DNA from: Candidatus Staskawiczbacteria bacterium | Lineage (GTDB): Bacteria; Patescibacteriota; Minisyncoccia; Minisyncoccales; Staskawiczbacteraceae | Assembly: GCA_963778905.1 (NCBI GenBank) | Contig: CAVZWH010000007.1 | Span: 1 to 53,052, forward strand | Length of the DNA stretch: 53,052 bases | Direction: 5' to 3' | In this document: positions 1 through 10,900 of the stretch, in pieces | Position numbering within the stretch: position 1 is the first letter of the stretch | Layout: each line of letters starts with the position of its first letter | Position numbers and translations under genes: made by a program | The notes under the pieces: generated by a model | Told to the model about the DNA's origin: nothing | Databases searched by the model: none | What the model saw: the letters and a program-made list of their open reading frames with translations, nothing else

Positions 1-354
1 TAAATAATCTTTTAAGGTTTTTGTAGCCCAAACCCTAAACTGCGTAGCTCTTTTGGAATTCACCCGATAGCCCACTGAAATTATCATATCCAAATTATAG
101 ATATTCATTTTTCTAACTTTACCGTCAGCAGCAACCTGTGCAATTTTTGCACAGGTTAATTCCTCACTCAATTCACTTGTCTTATAAATATTATTTATAT
201 GTTTTACGATAACTGTTCTATCTATATCAAAAACCTTAGCTATCTGATGAGCATCAAGCCAAACCGTTTCTTTATCCAAAGAAACAGTAACCTGCACTTT
301 ATTATCAGCAGATTTATAAATAATTATTTCTCCTTTCTTTATTTCTTTTTTCAT
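1..354 (-). CDS. RhuM-family (virulence RhuM / Fic-associated) protein, 3' part runs off window
   Basis: Not in ORF track (no stop in window). ATG at 354 reads MKKEIKKGEIIIYKSADNKVQV...ETVWLDAHQIAKVFDIDRTVIVKHINNIYK...YNLDMIISVGYRVNSKRATQFRVWATKTLKDYL, containing the RhuM signature YNLDxIISVGYRVNSxRATQFRxWA. Confidence 0.85.
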   Translation of the reverse strand, partial: MKKEIKKGEIIIYKSADNKVQVTVSLDKETVWLDAHQIAKVFDIDRTVIVKHINNIYKTSELSEELTCAKIAQVAADGKVRKMNIYNLDMIISVGYRVNSKRATQFRVWATKTLKDYL

Positions 355-421
355 TGGGTATTTATTTTATTACGTTACAACTTATAAAAAGATTTCGCAA
401 CCTGCCTGCCGGCATCCAACT

Positions 422-450
422 AAAAACCCGCGGCCTAAGCCGGGGTTTTT
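422..450 (-). terminator. Intrinsic terminator downstream of surface protein gene
   Basis: AAAAACCC-G-CGGC-CTAA-GCCG-GGGTTTTT hairpin with A/T tracts on both sides. Confidence 0.7.
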
Positions 451-493
451 AGTTTATCTTTTAACTTCTCACAAGGAAGTAAAAGAATTTAGA

Positions 494-3400
494 TTACTGT
501 GCGCTTACAGAGCTAGAATACAATGGCAATCCTGGCAATAAATAGCCTGTTGACCAGTCACCTGTTGAAGAAGCAGTACCCCCCACAAGGGTTCCGGCTG
601 CATCATCAGTGTGAAGGTTGGCGCTCATATCTGACCAGATAATGTCTGCATCAGCTGCTGAGGCTCCTGCTTTTGTAACTAACTGTTCAATTCCAGAGCT
701 TGATTTTTCAACATAAGAAGTACCAGCTGAAGCATGTGTGGCGAAATTAGCTGCTGTGTCGTTGCCTGCTGACAATGCTACAGATACCGAATCATTACCG
801 CTCTGTGAAGGCAAGAAGCTGTTAACTGTTGCTCTCAAAGAGTATACATGATTTTGTCCGGCTGCAATAACTTCTTCGTTGTTGAACCTTACTATTACTG
901 CCTGGTTTGAACCCTGAGTAAGAGAAGTGGATCCTGTAAGAGAAGTTCCGCTGGCATTCATGATAGTCACAGTGTTTGTGATATCAGTTCCATCTCTTGA
1001 CAGTGTGAAGTAGTCCACTGAAGGCGTGCTTGATGCTCCCCCATGAGTAACTGACAAATTAAACTTCAATTGCTGGAAGGATACAGATCCTTGCGAACCT
1101 GCGGCAATCGTGAACTTATAAAGTTCTGGATTGGTTCCTGAAGAAGCAGTTACAGAATTGATTGTCTGAGATGTGAATGTCGGAACTGATTTATAGACGT
1201 AGGTGTTTGTTCCTGCGGCTGTAACTACAGTAACTCCGTTGGTGCTGCTCAAATTTGTTCCACTCTTTACTGATCCATTGCTGCTCAATGCTTTGACATA
1301 AGTCAAAGTTGGCTGAACGTTTAATTGATCGGTGGCAAATGTAGAATTTGGCGTTGACAACAAGAAGTTTACATCCACATACATTGTGGAATTGGCTGGA
1401 ACAGGGATATTTAATCCTGTGAAGTATACTGTGTCGTTAGCTTGTGCACCTGTTGTGTTAAACGGTTGTGTTGCTAAAGTTGCTCCTGTGCTGTCATTAG
1501 TCAAGACTGCGTCTTGAATAACATCGGAGTTTGCTGTTGCGCCGATGGAAGGAACTTGCACTTTCATTTCAGTGATAGTGTAAGAATCATTGGCTGCTGT
1601 GAATTTGTATCTAGCAGCTAAGATCTGTTGACCTCCAGCAACAACTTCATTGTTTGAAGGAACATTACCAAAGGTGGCATTTAATGTGCCAGGGGTAAAG
1701 GTAATATTTTGTCCTGCAATTGTTGAATTTACTATTCCTCCTGTTGTAGCTGTTACACCTGAACTTGCAGTTGTACCAGTTATTTGCATTGTAACGTTAC
1801 CTGTTCCTGTTGCTGTATTAGCAATATCTGCATATACATTTACAGGGATTGTCTGGCCAGCTGGCAATGTGTAGCTGATTGAGAAGGTATTATTACCTGC
1901 GTTAGTAGTTGGAGTGGTAATAACTTGTGTTGTGTTATTTCCATAAGTCACATACAAGTTGCTTGCGATTATGTTTGAAGCATTGCTTACCGCGCCATTC
2001 AACTGAACATTGATTGTGCTTAAGTTAACACCTTCTGATGTGCTTCCAGTCAAAGTAAATTCACCCAAAGCATATTTGGTCTGAGGTGCAGCTATTGTCT
2101 GGTTGGTGTAGGCTGTGTATTTTGACAAAGTCAAAGTACCGCCTGTTGTAACTGTTAACTGGTTAGCTTGAAGAGTTGTATTTGCTGTTGGGACTGCCAA
2201 AGTTTGTGACGATGTCTGTCCTTGAGCATTTGTTCCTGAAGTTACACCAAGCAATTCGGCTGTTATTGTTCCATTACCGGAAGAACTGAATTGTCCTGAT
2301 CCTGTAGAGTAAATATCAGCTCTTACTTCTAATGTTACTGGTGTTCCTGGATTTACAATCAAGGAAGAACCTAATTGATAGGTTGTGAAACCTGTTGTTC
2401 CACCAGCTGTACCTGCGGTTACACCGCTTGTAACTGCACAATTTAATGTTGATGTGCTGCCGATTTGTACACCATTAGCATACAAAGATCCATTTCTTAA
2501 GCCAGACACTGCACCAGTGCTGTCTACGAGTGCAGAAGAAGCATCTGCTGGACACACTGCTGCAACATTCAAGCTGGTAATTTTTACCGGCTCTCCTGAA
2601 GCTGTCAATGTGTAATCAGCTATATCCATATTGGAGGCATTGTAAACAATGTTTCCAGATGGAGAAGTGGTTGTTAATTGAACCGATACTGCGCCTGAAG
2701 CGATTGTAACTGTTCCGGTAGATGCATCGTTAACATTTTGAGCAAGAACGTTAACTCCGTATTGAGAATCAACAACTCTTACGTCGGCTGCGGTATATAC
2801 AGAGAATTGGAATGTTCTGTCTGAACCTCCAATAATATCAGCCATGACTTTAATGTCAGGGCTGCCTGTTTGCAATGTAACTGGAGCTGAAGTCAAATCA
2901 AAGGTTACATAACCATTTTGATCTAAACTCTGAACAGCATTCCCTGCTTGAACTCCGTTAATATATAATTTGAAGTTCTGAAAAGCAGAATAATTTGCGC
3001 TTCCGATATCTCTAAATCTCATCCATTGCAATGTCAAAGCTCTTGTTCCAACTTGTGCATTTTCCTCCCATACAACTGTATTTAATGCTGGCTGTATTGT
3101 AGGAGTGCCTGATGGATTTGCTGAGCTAGTTGAAAAAGCGAATGAACCTAAGCTAGCAGTTGCAACTGTCATTAAGTTGCCTGTGATTGGGAAAGTTCCG
3201 TGTACCGAGCTAGCATTTGAAACTACATTGGTTGTAGATTCAACAGCTGTTCCTATTGTTTCACCGGCTGTAGCCGAAGACGATATGTCAGTATAAACTG
3301 TAATTTCAACTGATGATCCAGATGGAACTGTAAAAATTCCTTGAGGAACGTTGAAGTTAATCATTCCGTTTGAAACTGAAGCTGCGTCTGTTAATCTATT

Positions 3401-4171
3401 TGCTCCTTGGAACAAATAAACATTTGCCAAATCTGCATCAGCTGAGATACCAATTCTTTGCAACTGAACATTTGTTACTGTGACTGGAGCATTGTCGCCG
3501 TTAACAAAAACTATTTTTGCCAAAGCGGCTAATGCCTGTCCCGCAACAACTGTTCCAGATGCTGGGTTATCAGATGCTAATTGCACTGTTAATCCTGCGC
3601 CTGTTGGTGTAACTGTTGTTACAACTCCTGTTGAACAGGAAGCTCCGGTTGTTGAACTATATCCTGATGTTGATGTGCAACCTGAAGGCAAAGTTGTTCC
3701 TGTTGTTGTCATTGAACCAAGAGCTGCATTTAATTTAGCTCTTGTTAATGGACCGACCTGATTTGCAGGTGTAAATCCGTTGTTCGCCTGATAAACTCTA
3801 ACAGCAGCTAAGGTTCTTACGCCAAAGTATGTTGTTTCATTACCAGGTGAGCCTGCTCCTGTTGTTGCAACTTGTGTTGAGGATGATGTGTTCAGCAATG
3901 TTTGTAAACATTTTACATCTGAACCGGTTGATCCAACTAGCAAGTTTCTTGAGAATGTAACTCCAACGCAAGCCGCAGGGAGAGTTGTACCACTATTTGA
4001 ATTTGTGGTGGTGGTTGTGGTGCCGGTTTGCAATCCATTTAATTGGGCTTGCAATTGGGCAATCTCAGCCATCAAGTCCGATACGGTTGTAGCTGAAGCT
4101 ACTACAGGAGCAACTACTGCAACCAAAGCCAAAACGACTATGGTTGATATAATTGTTCTTTTTATACTCAT
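494..4171 (-). CDS. Large secreted cell-surface (S-layer-like) protein with N-terminal peptidoglycan-binding domain
   Basis: Signal peptide (MSIKRTIISTIVVLALVAVVAPVVASA), short coiled coil, PG-binding-1-like segment (FSRNLLVGSTGSDVKCLQTLLN...YFGVRTLAAVRVYQ...VGPLTRAKLN), then about 1000 aa of Thr/Ser/Gly/Val-rich beta-type sequence. Confidence 0.8.
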   Translation of the reverse strand: MSIKRTIISTIVVLALVAVVAPVVASATTVSDLMAEIAQLQAQLNGLQTGTTTTTTNSNSGTTLPAACVGVTFSRNLLVGSTGSDVKCLQTLLNTSSSTQVATTGAGSPGNETTYFGVRTLAAVRVYQANNGFTPANQVGPLTRAKLNAALGSMTTTGTTLPSGCTSTSGYSSTTGASCSTGVVTTVTPTGAGLTVQLASDNPASGTVVAGQALAALAKIVFVNGDNAPVTVTNVQLQRIGISADADLANVYLFQGANRLTDAASVSNGMINFNVPQGIFTVPSGSSVEITVYTDISSSATAGETIGTAVESTTNVVSNASSVHGTFPITGNLMTVATASLGSFAFSTSSANPSGTPTIQPALNTVVWEENAQVGTRALTLQWMRFRDIGSANYSAFQNFKLYINGVQAGNAVQSLDQNGYVTFDLTSAPVTLQTGSPDIKVMADIIGGSDRTFQFSVYTAADVRVVDSQYGVNVLAQNVNDASTGTVTIASGAVSVQLTTTSPSGNIVYNASNMDIADYTLTASGEPVKITSLNVAAVCPADASSALVDSTGAVSGLRNGSLYANGVQIGSTSTLNCAVTSGVTAGTAGGTTGFTTYQLGSSLIVNPGTPVTLEVRADIYSTGSGQFSSSGNGTITAELLGVTSGTNAQGQTSSQTLAVPTANTTLQANQLTVTTGGTLTLSKYTAYTNQTIAAPQTKYALGEFTLTGSTSEGVNLSTINVQLNGAVSNASNIIASNLYVTYGNNTTQVITTPTTNAGNNTFSISYTLPAGQTIPVNVYADIANTATGTGNVTMQITGTTASSGVTATTGGIVNSTIAGQNITFTPGTLNATFGNVPSNNEVVAGGQQILAARYKFTAANDSYTITEMKVQVPSIGATANSDVIQDAVLTNDSTGATLATQPFNTTGAQANDTVYFTGLNIPVPANSTMYVDVNFLLSTPNSTFATDQLNVQPTLTYVKALSSNGSVKSGTNLSSTNGVTVVTAAGTNTYVYKSVPTFTSQTINSVTASSGTNPELYKFTIAAGSQGSVSFQQLKFNLSVTHGGASSTPSVDYFTLSRDGTDITNTVTIMNASGTSLTGSTSLTQGSNQAVIVRFNNEEVIAAGQNHVYSLRATVNSFLPSQSGNDSVSVALSAGNDTAANFATHASAGTSYVEKSSSGIEQLVTKAGASAADADIIWSDMSANLHTDDAAGTLVGGTASSTGDWSTGYLLPGLPLYSSSVSAQ

Positions 4172-4297
4172 TTTTGTGTGTTTTTTATAATTAATTTATA
4201 TTTTTTTATTTCTCATCGGTCGACCTTATTAATTCGCGGCTTTACGTACTAGCAACGAATTAGCGACTTGTCAAATGTTTTTATAACGTACGTATCT

Positions 4298-5011
4298 TTA
4301 TTTGTTAATTAATAATATTTTTTCCAATGCATCCGTATATTTTCCTTGGCTGTACAAATCTTCAGCATCTGTCAATATTTTCTTTTGGTTATCTGTCAAA
4401 GTTGTTTTTTGCAAATCAGCAATTTCACTCTGCACAACCATCTGAGATAAATTTTGCACATCTGTGTTTTGGCTCAAATCTGTTCCCGGCACATCAGCTA
4501 ATGTTTTTAAGCTGCTTGCTATTTCTTTTATTGTCTGCGGGTCTTGTGTTGGATTTTCTTTCAAATTTTTAGCTAATTCTGATGCGTTTGTTCTTATCTC
4601 ATCTATCGCCGAAGGAATATTATTTGTTTTTCCTTCTTTGGCAACTTGCGCCAGATCATTTATTCTGTTGCTTAAAGTTGCCACATCTTGCTTCAAACCT
4701 ATTTGTCCTGTTAAAGCTGCCTGCGACTGTTCAGATAATTTTTTCACTGGAAACAATAAATCGCCCGGCAATGTATATCTGGCAAAACCAATCAATCCAA
4801 CAATAACAAAAACAAATGCGGCAAATGAATAAGCCATTTTTTTCTGGAAAAACACAGAAGAAAAAATATCCATAACTCCAACTGACTTTGCCACAATCGG
4901 CATTGGCTTTTGTTCATTCAAAATCTGCGATTTAAGCAAAACAGCCCATTCTTTTCTGGGCTTGATTTCTTTGAGTTGTTTTATTGAATTTATGAGCTCT
5001 TTTTGGTTCAT
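4298..5011 (-). CDS. Putative membrane-anchored anti-sigma factor (DUF5667-like)
   Basis: Directly downstream of ECF sigma. Cytoplasmic N-terminus, one TM helix, then a LPGDLLFPVKKLSE motif. Start chosen at MNQKELI (5011). Confidence 0.65.
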   Translation of the reverse strand: MNQKELINSIKQLKEIKPRKEWAVLLKSQILNEQKPMPIVAKSVGVMDIFSSVFFQKKMAYSFAAFVFVIVGLIGFARYTLPGDLLFPVKKLSEQSQAALTGQIGLKQDVATLSNRINDLAQVAKEGKTNNIPSAIDEIRTNASELAKNLKENPTQDPQTIKEIASSLKTLADVPGTDLSQNTDVQNLSQMVVQSEIADLQKTTLTDNQKKILTDAEDLYSQGKYTDALEKILLINK

Positions 5012-5062
5012 TTTGTGGGTATTAGTATGATGACGCTTCATAGAGCTGTTTTATTACACTTT

Positions 5063-5569
5063 TTATGACTCTTGAATAATATTTTTTAGATCCTTCAATC
5101 CCCTGTGCAACATTACTCTTATTGTGCCTTCTGGCTTATCTAATAATTTAGCTATATTGGCAATTGGCATATCTTCTAAATAATGCCAGATTATTACGTC
5201 CTGGTGCTCTTTTTTGAGCTTTTGTATCGCTTTTTTAACAATGTTTACGTCTGCGCTTAAAATCGCCTTGTCATGGGCGTTTGTCCTATCGTCGGTTATC
5301 TCTGGACTAGCATCAATTGACACTAATTTTGACCTACCCTTTTCTCTATAATGGTCTATTACTGCATTTCTGGCTATTTGATATAAAAAAGCGCCTGGAT
5401 TTTTTATATCATTGTTTTGATTTTGAAACGCTTCCCATCCCCTTAAAAACACTTTAGATGTAATATCCTCGGCTGTTTCTTGCGAATCCACTTTCAAATA
5501 AATAAACCTGTATATTTTATCAATATATTGGTCGTAAATAGAGCTGAATTGTTCATTAATGTTCTCCAT
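5063..5569 (-). CDS. ECF-type RNA polymerase sigma-70 factor
   Basis: Region 2 (YDQYIDKIYRFIY...AEDITSKVFLRGW...FLYQIARNAVIDHYR) and region 4 (LEDMPIANIAKLLDKPEGTIRVMLHRG); 168 aa. Confidence 0.93.
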   Translation of the reverse strand: MENINEQFSSIYDQYIDKIYRFIYLKVDSQETAEDITSKVFLRGWEAFQNQNNDIKNPGAFLYQIARNAVIDHYREKGRSKLVSIDASPEITDDRTNAHDKAILSADVNIVKKAIQKLKKEHQDVIIWHYLEDMPIANIAKLLDKPEGTIRVMLHRGLKDLKNIIQES

Positions 5570-5615
5570 TACAATAAGACCTTATAATAACATAAATAAA
5601 CTTGAAAGACAAGTT

Positions 5616-5676
5616 TTGATAGGACAAATAATAATTTTGTTAGGACATTTATATAATTTATTATTTGTCCTATCAA
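5616..5676. promoter_or_regulatory. 19-bp perfect inverted repeat with a third internal TAGGACA copy, upstream of ECF sigma
   Basis: TTGATAGGACAAATAATAA (5616-5634) and TTATTATTTGTCCTATCAA (5658-5676); TAGGACA repeated at 5641-5647. Confidence 0.6.
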
Positions 5677-5678
5677 TT

Positions 5679-6263
5679 TTACTTAATTTTGTAAAAAACT
5701 TGGTTAAATTCCCCTAATCTAGTTATTTTGCCTGTCTCAAGCAATTCGTCTAAATCCCGTCTTATAGTCCTTTTTGTAATATCGGGTAATATCGTCTGTA
5801 AATCCATAACCTGGGCTTTATCGTTTTTGCTTAAAAATTCAAGAATTTTTTTCTGTCGGTCTGATATAGAAAAATTAGGAGTTTTTGGCTCCGTATTATT
5901 TAATACGGGCTCGGGGATTATTTGTGTGCTTTTTTCAATTATAGGCAATTCTATTATCGGCTCAATTTCTTTTTTAATTTTTTCGTATTCGTTGGTAATT
6001 ATCAGGCAGTTTACAGAATTAAGCCATCCCTGAGATTTTGCAATCCAAAGGTATCCTAAAAGCATATCAATATCTTCTAAAATATGCACTTTAATTTTTT
6101 CTTTTTGAAAAGATGCCCAGCCGGATATTTCGTTAATCAAAACCAAATTATCCATTATTGCCAAGGCTTTATCTTTGGCTCTGTTTTTTAATGGATCTGA
6201 TTCTGGAAAAAATTCCAAAACCTTATAAACCGAATTTGTTAATTTTAGAAATTTATCTTGCAT
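5679..6263 (-). CDS. Four-helix-bundle plus C-terminal DeoR-type HTH protein
   Basis: C-terminal ISDRQKKILEFL...LPDITKRTIRRDLDELLETGKITRLG is a DeoR-like wHTH. The N-terminus resembles four-helix-bundle proteins. Start chosen at MQDKF (6263). Confidence 0.7.
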   Translation of the reverse strand: MQDKFLKLTNSVYKVLEFFPESDPLKNRAKDKALAIMDNLVLINEISGWASFQKEKIKVHILEDIDMLLGYLWIAKSQGWLNSVNCLIITNEYEKIKKEIEPIIELPIIEKSTQIIPEPVLNNTEPKTPNFSISDRQKKILEFLSKNDKAQVMDLQTILPDITKRTIRRDLDELLETGKITRLGEFNQVFYKIK

Positions 6264-6346
6264 GTTCCTAAATTTAACAATAAATAAAACAAAAGTAAAG
6301 TACACTTCGGTACTAAAACATTTATTGATTATACTATAGTTATTTT

Positions 6347-7342
6347 TTATTTTGAAGTGGCGAATTGTCCGCAGGCAGCTTGAATATCGTCGCCAAATCT
6401 ATATCTTTGAGAAAAATTTATTTTTTCTTTTTTAAGCATTGATTTAAATTTTTCAACTCTTTTTGCGTCAGATGCCCGGAATATACCGGTGGCATTGTAC
6501 AAAATTAAATTAACAAAATATAATTTTTTGTGCATAAACCCTGCTAATTCTTTTGCACACTCATCGGAATCGTTAATATTTTTTATCAAAACATATTCAA
6601 ACATTACTTTTCTTTTGGTTTTTTTAATGTAATCGTCAACTGCCAATAAAACTTCCGGCAATGGATATTTTTTATCTATTGGCATTAAAAATTTTCTTAA
6701 TTTATCGTTTGGCGCATGCAGAGATATTGCCAGGTTTGCGGGCAAACCTTCTTCGCTAAATTTTTTAATTCCTTCAATAATTCCAGCTGTTGAAATTGAA
6801 ATTGATCTGGCGCCGATATTAAAATATTCTTTATCGTTAAAAATTCTTATTGCTTTCAAAACATTATCATAATTCAAAAATGGCTCGCCCATTCCCATAA
6901 AAGTTATATTTGTCACGCGCAAACCCTCTAATTTCAAATATCTTTCAAAAAATATTACCTGTTCCAATATCTCATCTGCTGTCAGGTTTCTTTTGAACCC
7001 CATTTTTCCTGTGGCGCAAAAAAGACATCCCAAAGGACAGCCAACTTGCGAAGAAACGCAAACAGTATTTCTGTTGTCTTTATGGCGCATCAAAACCAAT
7101 TCAATTTTTAATCCATCTTTCAAAGTTATCTTGGCTTTTACGCTGTCTTCTTTTTTGGAAATCAAAATCTCTGCATTAATTTCTAGCGGAACCGCTTTAT
7201 CCAATTTTTCCCTTAAATCTTTTGTAAAAAAAGTCGCGCCTGACCAGTCAGAAATAAAATTTTTGAAAACCGCATCTCTCGCCTGTTTTAAGCGATATTT
7301 GGGTTCTGGTTCCAAAACTTTTTCTAATTTTTCTATATTCAT
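6347..7342 (-). CDS. rlmN: 23S rRNA m2A2503 methyltransferase RlmN (radical SAM)
   Basis: CVSSQVGCPLGCLFCATG, FMGMGEP, SLHAP, FEYVLI, GDDIQAACGQ motifs. Confidence 0.95.
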   Translation of the reverse strand: MNIEKLEKVLEPEPKYRLKQARDAVFKNFISDWSGATFFTKDLREKLDKAVPLEINAEILISKKEDSVKAKITLKDGLKIELVLMRHKDNRNTVCVSSQVGCPLGCLFCATGKMGFKRNLTADEILEQVIFFERYLKLEGLRVTNITFMGMGEPFLNYDNVLKAIRIFNDKEYFNIGARSISISTAGIIEGIKKFSEEGLPANLAISLHAPNDKLRKFLMPIDKKYPLPEVLLAVDDYIKKTKRKVMFEYVLIKNINDSDECAKELAGFMHKKLYFVNLILYNATGIFRASDAKRVEKFKSMLKKEKINFSQRYRFGDDIQAACGQFATSK

Positions 7343-7375
7343 AATTTATTTATATTATTTTTCCAATATTTTTGC

Positions 7376-7403
7376 AAAAAAAAGCCGGCAAAAATGCGCG
7401 GCT
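7376..7403 (-). terminator. Intrinsic terminator of the 7406-7735 gene
   Basis: On the minus strand AGCCG-C-GCA-TTTT-TGC-CGGCT followed by a T tract. Confidence 0.65.
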
Positions 7404-7405
7404 GA

Positions 7406-7735
7406 CTACGAGTTGAAACTTATCTTGCTTGTATCGCCGGAAGAAACTATGTCTTCACTGCTGAAAATAACCACTACTCTATTGCCTGTTTCGTGGTCGT
7501 AAACCATAAAATCTTCTTTCTTTATAATAGTTTCGTGCATGGCTACATGCTTTAATCCAGGTCCCAATTCAATGGTAATGTTTTTTTGACCCATCACCTT
7601 GGCGCGCACCTCGCCGGGATCTTTTTCTGACACAAACAAAACAACTATCACTTCGTTGCTTGGCCTACGGCTGATGGGTAGTTCTTTTTCGATCTCTTCC
7701 CACTTTCCGTTCTTTCTCTTGATGTAGAAAGGCAT
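7406..7735 (-). CDS. Hypothetical protein (solitary module with own promoter, SD and terminator)
   Basis: 109 aa ORF; AAGGAGG SD upstream; TTGACT-N16-TAAGCT at 7804-7831. Confidence 0.7.
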   Translation of the reverse strand: MPFYIKRKNGKWEEIEKELPISRRPSNEVIVVLFVSEKDPGEVRAKVMGQKNITIELGPGLKHVAMHETIIKKEDFMVYDHETGNRVVVIFSSEDIVSSGDTSKISFNS

Positions 7736-7905
7736 AAATGCCTCCTTGTGTTCTCAAGGAACTGAAACATTTTTGAAAATGCCGTGCTTCAAAGTACAAT
7801 ATTAGCTTACATTAATCCAAAATTAAGTCAACGGCACTATTGAATTGCGACAGATTGAAAATCGGAAGATAAACCGTCCGCGGAAACGGTTATTGTATAC
7901 GTTCC

Positions 7906-10900
7906 CTAAATGCTGTCTTTGTAACAAAAACTCTCGTGTGCTTTTCCTGTTGAGATGGTTATACTTTTTTTCGTCCAGTCGCTATCACATAATCCACTGC
8001 TAGCAGATGCTAAAGAAAATAATCCGGTCGGAGAATTAGAAGACAAATTAACAGGTGTCTTCGTTGAAACATCCATCAACTCTCCCGACGCATTTTGTGA
8101 CTCTACGGTAAAAACGTCTGAAGAATTTCCTGCTGTGATTGTCTGAGGCAAAGAAATAATTTTCAATTGGGTAGCAGGTGCTGCGGCCATACTAATATTA
8201 TAATTTGTAGAAACGCCATTAATAGTTATTGTCAAAACTTCAGTTAAAGAAGGTGTCGTGTTATCAAAACCTGTTATATTTGAAGCGTTAACTGTTTCGG
8301 TATGCGTACTTAAATCGCTGTAAGTTCCAGTCACAATTAATCCCGTAAGATCTAACGTATCGCCGACAGTATAAGAAAATTTATTTGCCGGATTTGTAAT
8401 TGCGATAGATAAAAGTGTTGGTGCGGGCGGCGGAGGCACAGCAGACCAAACGCCCGCAGAATAATAAAGAGGGCCATACACAAAACCTTTTTGCACGCCA
8501 TTTTCAGTGTAGCGAGCTGTTAAATAAGATGGCAAACTGGCTGGAGCACATGACGCGCCAAGATCAAGACCAACAGAAGTAAAAAGGTTAATTGTTGGGA
8601 CAGTAGTGCAATTGCTATATGTTGTTATCAAATCAAAGCCAAAACCAAAATCATCGTGGGAAATTATTACTCCTGCCGATGTAATAGTAAAATTTTTAGA
8701 AACAATATCAATTTTATAATTTGCACTTTGACCATCAAATGTAATGGTTAAAACTTGGTCTGCCGCTGAAGCCGCGCTATTAAATCCTGTTACATCGTCA
8801 GATGTAATTGGTTCAATCTGTTTTGTGCCGTCGCTGTAAGTGCCGGTTACTACTAATCCTGTAAGGTCTAGCGGATCGTTTACATTATAATAAAGTTTGG
8901 TGGCTGGTGTTGTGATGTTTAGGGCCACCAGTGAAGCCGGTGCAGGAGGCATAGTTGACCAAACGCCAGATGCATAATAAATCGGGCCATAAACAAAACT
9001 GGTTGTTGTCTGGTGCACAAGAACTGTTAAATATGATGGCGAGGGGCCAGGAAGACATGTTGCGGCTAGGTCAAATCCGCTAGTAGTTAAAGAGTAAGCC
9101 GTAGGAAGCGTATTACATCCGGCATAATTTGCATTTAGCCAATCAACGGGGAATATGTTGTCGTGGGAGAGAAACATCCCATCTGGTGTAATTGAAAAAT
9201 TTGAAGAAACAATATTAACTGCGTAAGTTGCGGTTTGTCCGCCAAAAGTTATGGTCAATGGTTGGTTCGCCGAAGAAATCGAGCTATCAAATCCCGTCAC
9301 ATCCGAGGCACTAATTGATACAACTTTATGGCTGCCGTCGCTGTAGGTTTCAGTCACAACTAACCCGGTCAGGTCGAGCGTGTCGCCAATATTATAATAA
9401 AGTTTAGTGGCTGGAGTTGTTATGGCGATGTTTAGTAGGGTTGGCGTAGCAGGCGGCGGCGTTGCATCGTCAACGGTAATCGTTTTGCTTGTGTCGGTAA
9501 TTGAATTGCCAGCCGAATCAGCAATTGCTACGCTTATCGTATAAACTCCGTTTGGAACAACCGCTCCAAAATTATCTTTTCCGTCCCAAATTTTTGCATC
9601 AGGATTTTTAACAGCGGAAGAACTGTAAAGATCCCTGACTTTGACTCCATCTGAATTGATAATATTAACGTCGGCTTTGACTTCTTCCGAAAACGCCAGA
9701 TCAATGCTTGTCGTATCATTAACTCCGTCACCGTCCGGAGAAATAGTCGGATTACTTATCGTGTAAGTTGTGATACTAATTGTCGTATTATCGCTTCCAT
9801 CGCCGCCACCGCCCGATTGCTGAACATAAGTTTTATTTTGCGCTTTTGGCGTTGGCGTCTGAATTTCAAAATCAAAAGAATTGTTGTCTGTGTCCTGTTC
9901 TGTGCCGTCAGATAAAACTTTTCTGCCGATGCTTTGACCAGAAGCAGGATTACCTATTGCTAAAAGTTCCGGGTCTATGGCGTTTCCAAATCCTAATTTA
10001 TCAGAAATTTCTCCATTAGGATTTTTTAAGGCCAATGAATTGTCATCGCTGAGTGTTATGTCTGATAAAATGTCAGAATTTGCAAGTTGCCGCGAAATAA
10101 GAAAATAACCGTTAGCTGAAATTATTTTACCCGCAAAATTAGTTGACGAAACAAAAGTGCCCCAAGAAATGTCGTTGCTGTCTTTTCTCTGCAAATACCA
10201 GTCAGTCAAATCAACGGGAGTTGAGTTTGGGTTATAAAACTCGACAAATCTTTGTCCGATAGGATCAATCTGAACTTCGGAAATTAAGATTTTTGGATAA
10301 ATTGTTGCGCTGCCGCTTCCACTGCTGCTTTTATTTGTTGTGTTATTTGTATTTTGATTATTATTTTGATCTTGGTCGTTTTTATCATCTGTTGCTTGGT
10401 TTTTATCTGCAACTGCCAACTGAATATTTGAATTTTGCTGGGCAACAAGCGCTTGCACCTGCGCGCTTATAATATCTAATTTTTCTTGTATGTCGTCTAA
10501 TTGATCTTGCGGACTTATTGTTTCTGTGGCAATAACAACCGGACTTTCGGCAGGAATATTAACCGCTGGCGGAATAGCAGAAATGTTAGAGACAACTTGT
10601 GGATTATTTTCTGTATTTTGGGGCAAAGAAGACGAAAGCGATCCGCCCCAAAATTTATTTTGAGCCAAAACTTGCGATACACCTGATGCTATTTGCTGTC
10701 CAAAATTATATATTCCTTGGAATAAAAAATTGGCAATGCTGGCCATTTGGCTGGGAGTTTCTGGCGATGTTGCCGCATATTTTCCATATTTTCCAACATT
10801 GTCTGTAAGATAGTATCCTCCGGCCTGAATATTGTAAATAATATCGGTTTTTGGAGCTGTAAAACATTCACTTTTATCGCTGTTTGCAGTTAAATTATTT

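Noticed and set aside
401-414. CCTGCCTGCCGGCA, half of a palindromic repeat
   Set aside because: Single incomplete copy in the window; cannot be supported as an element.
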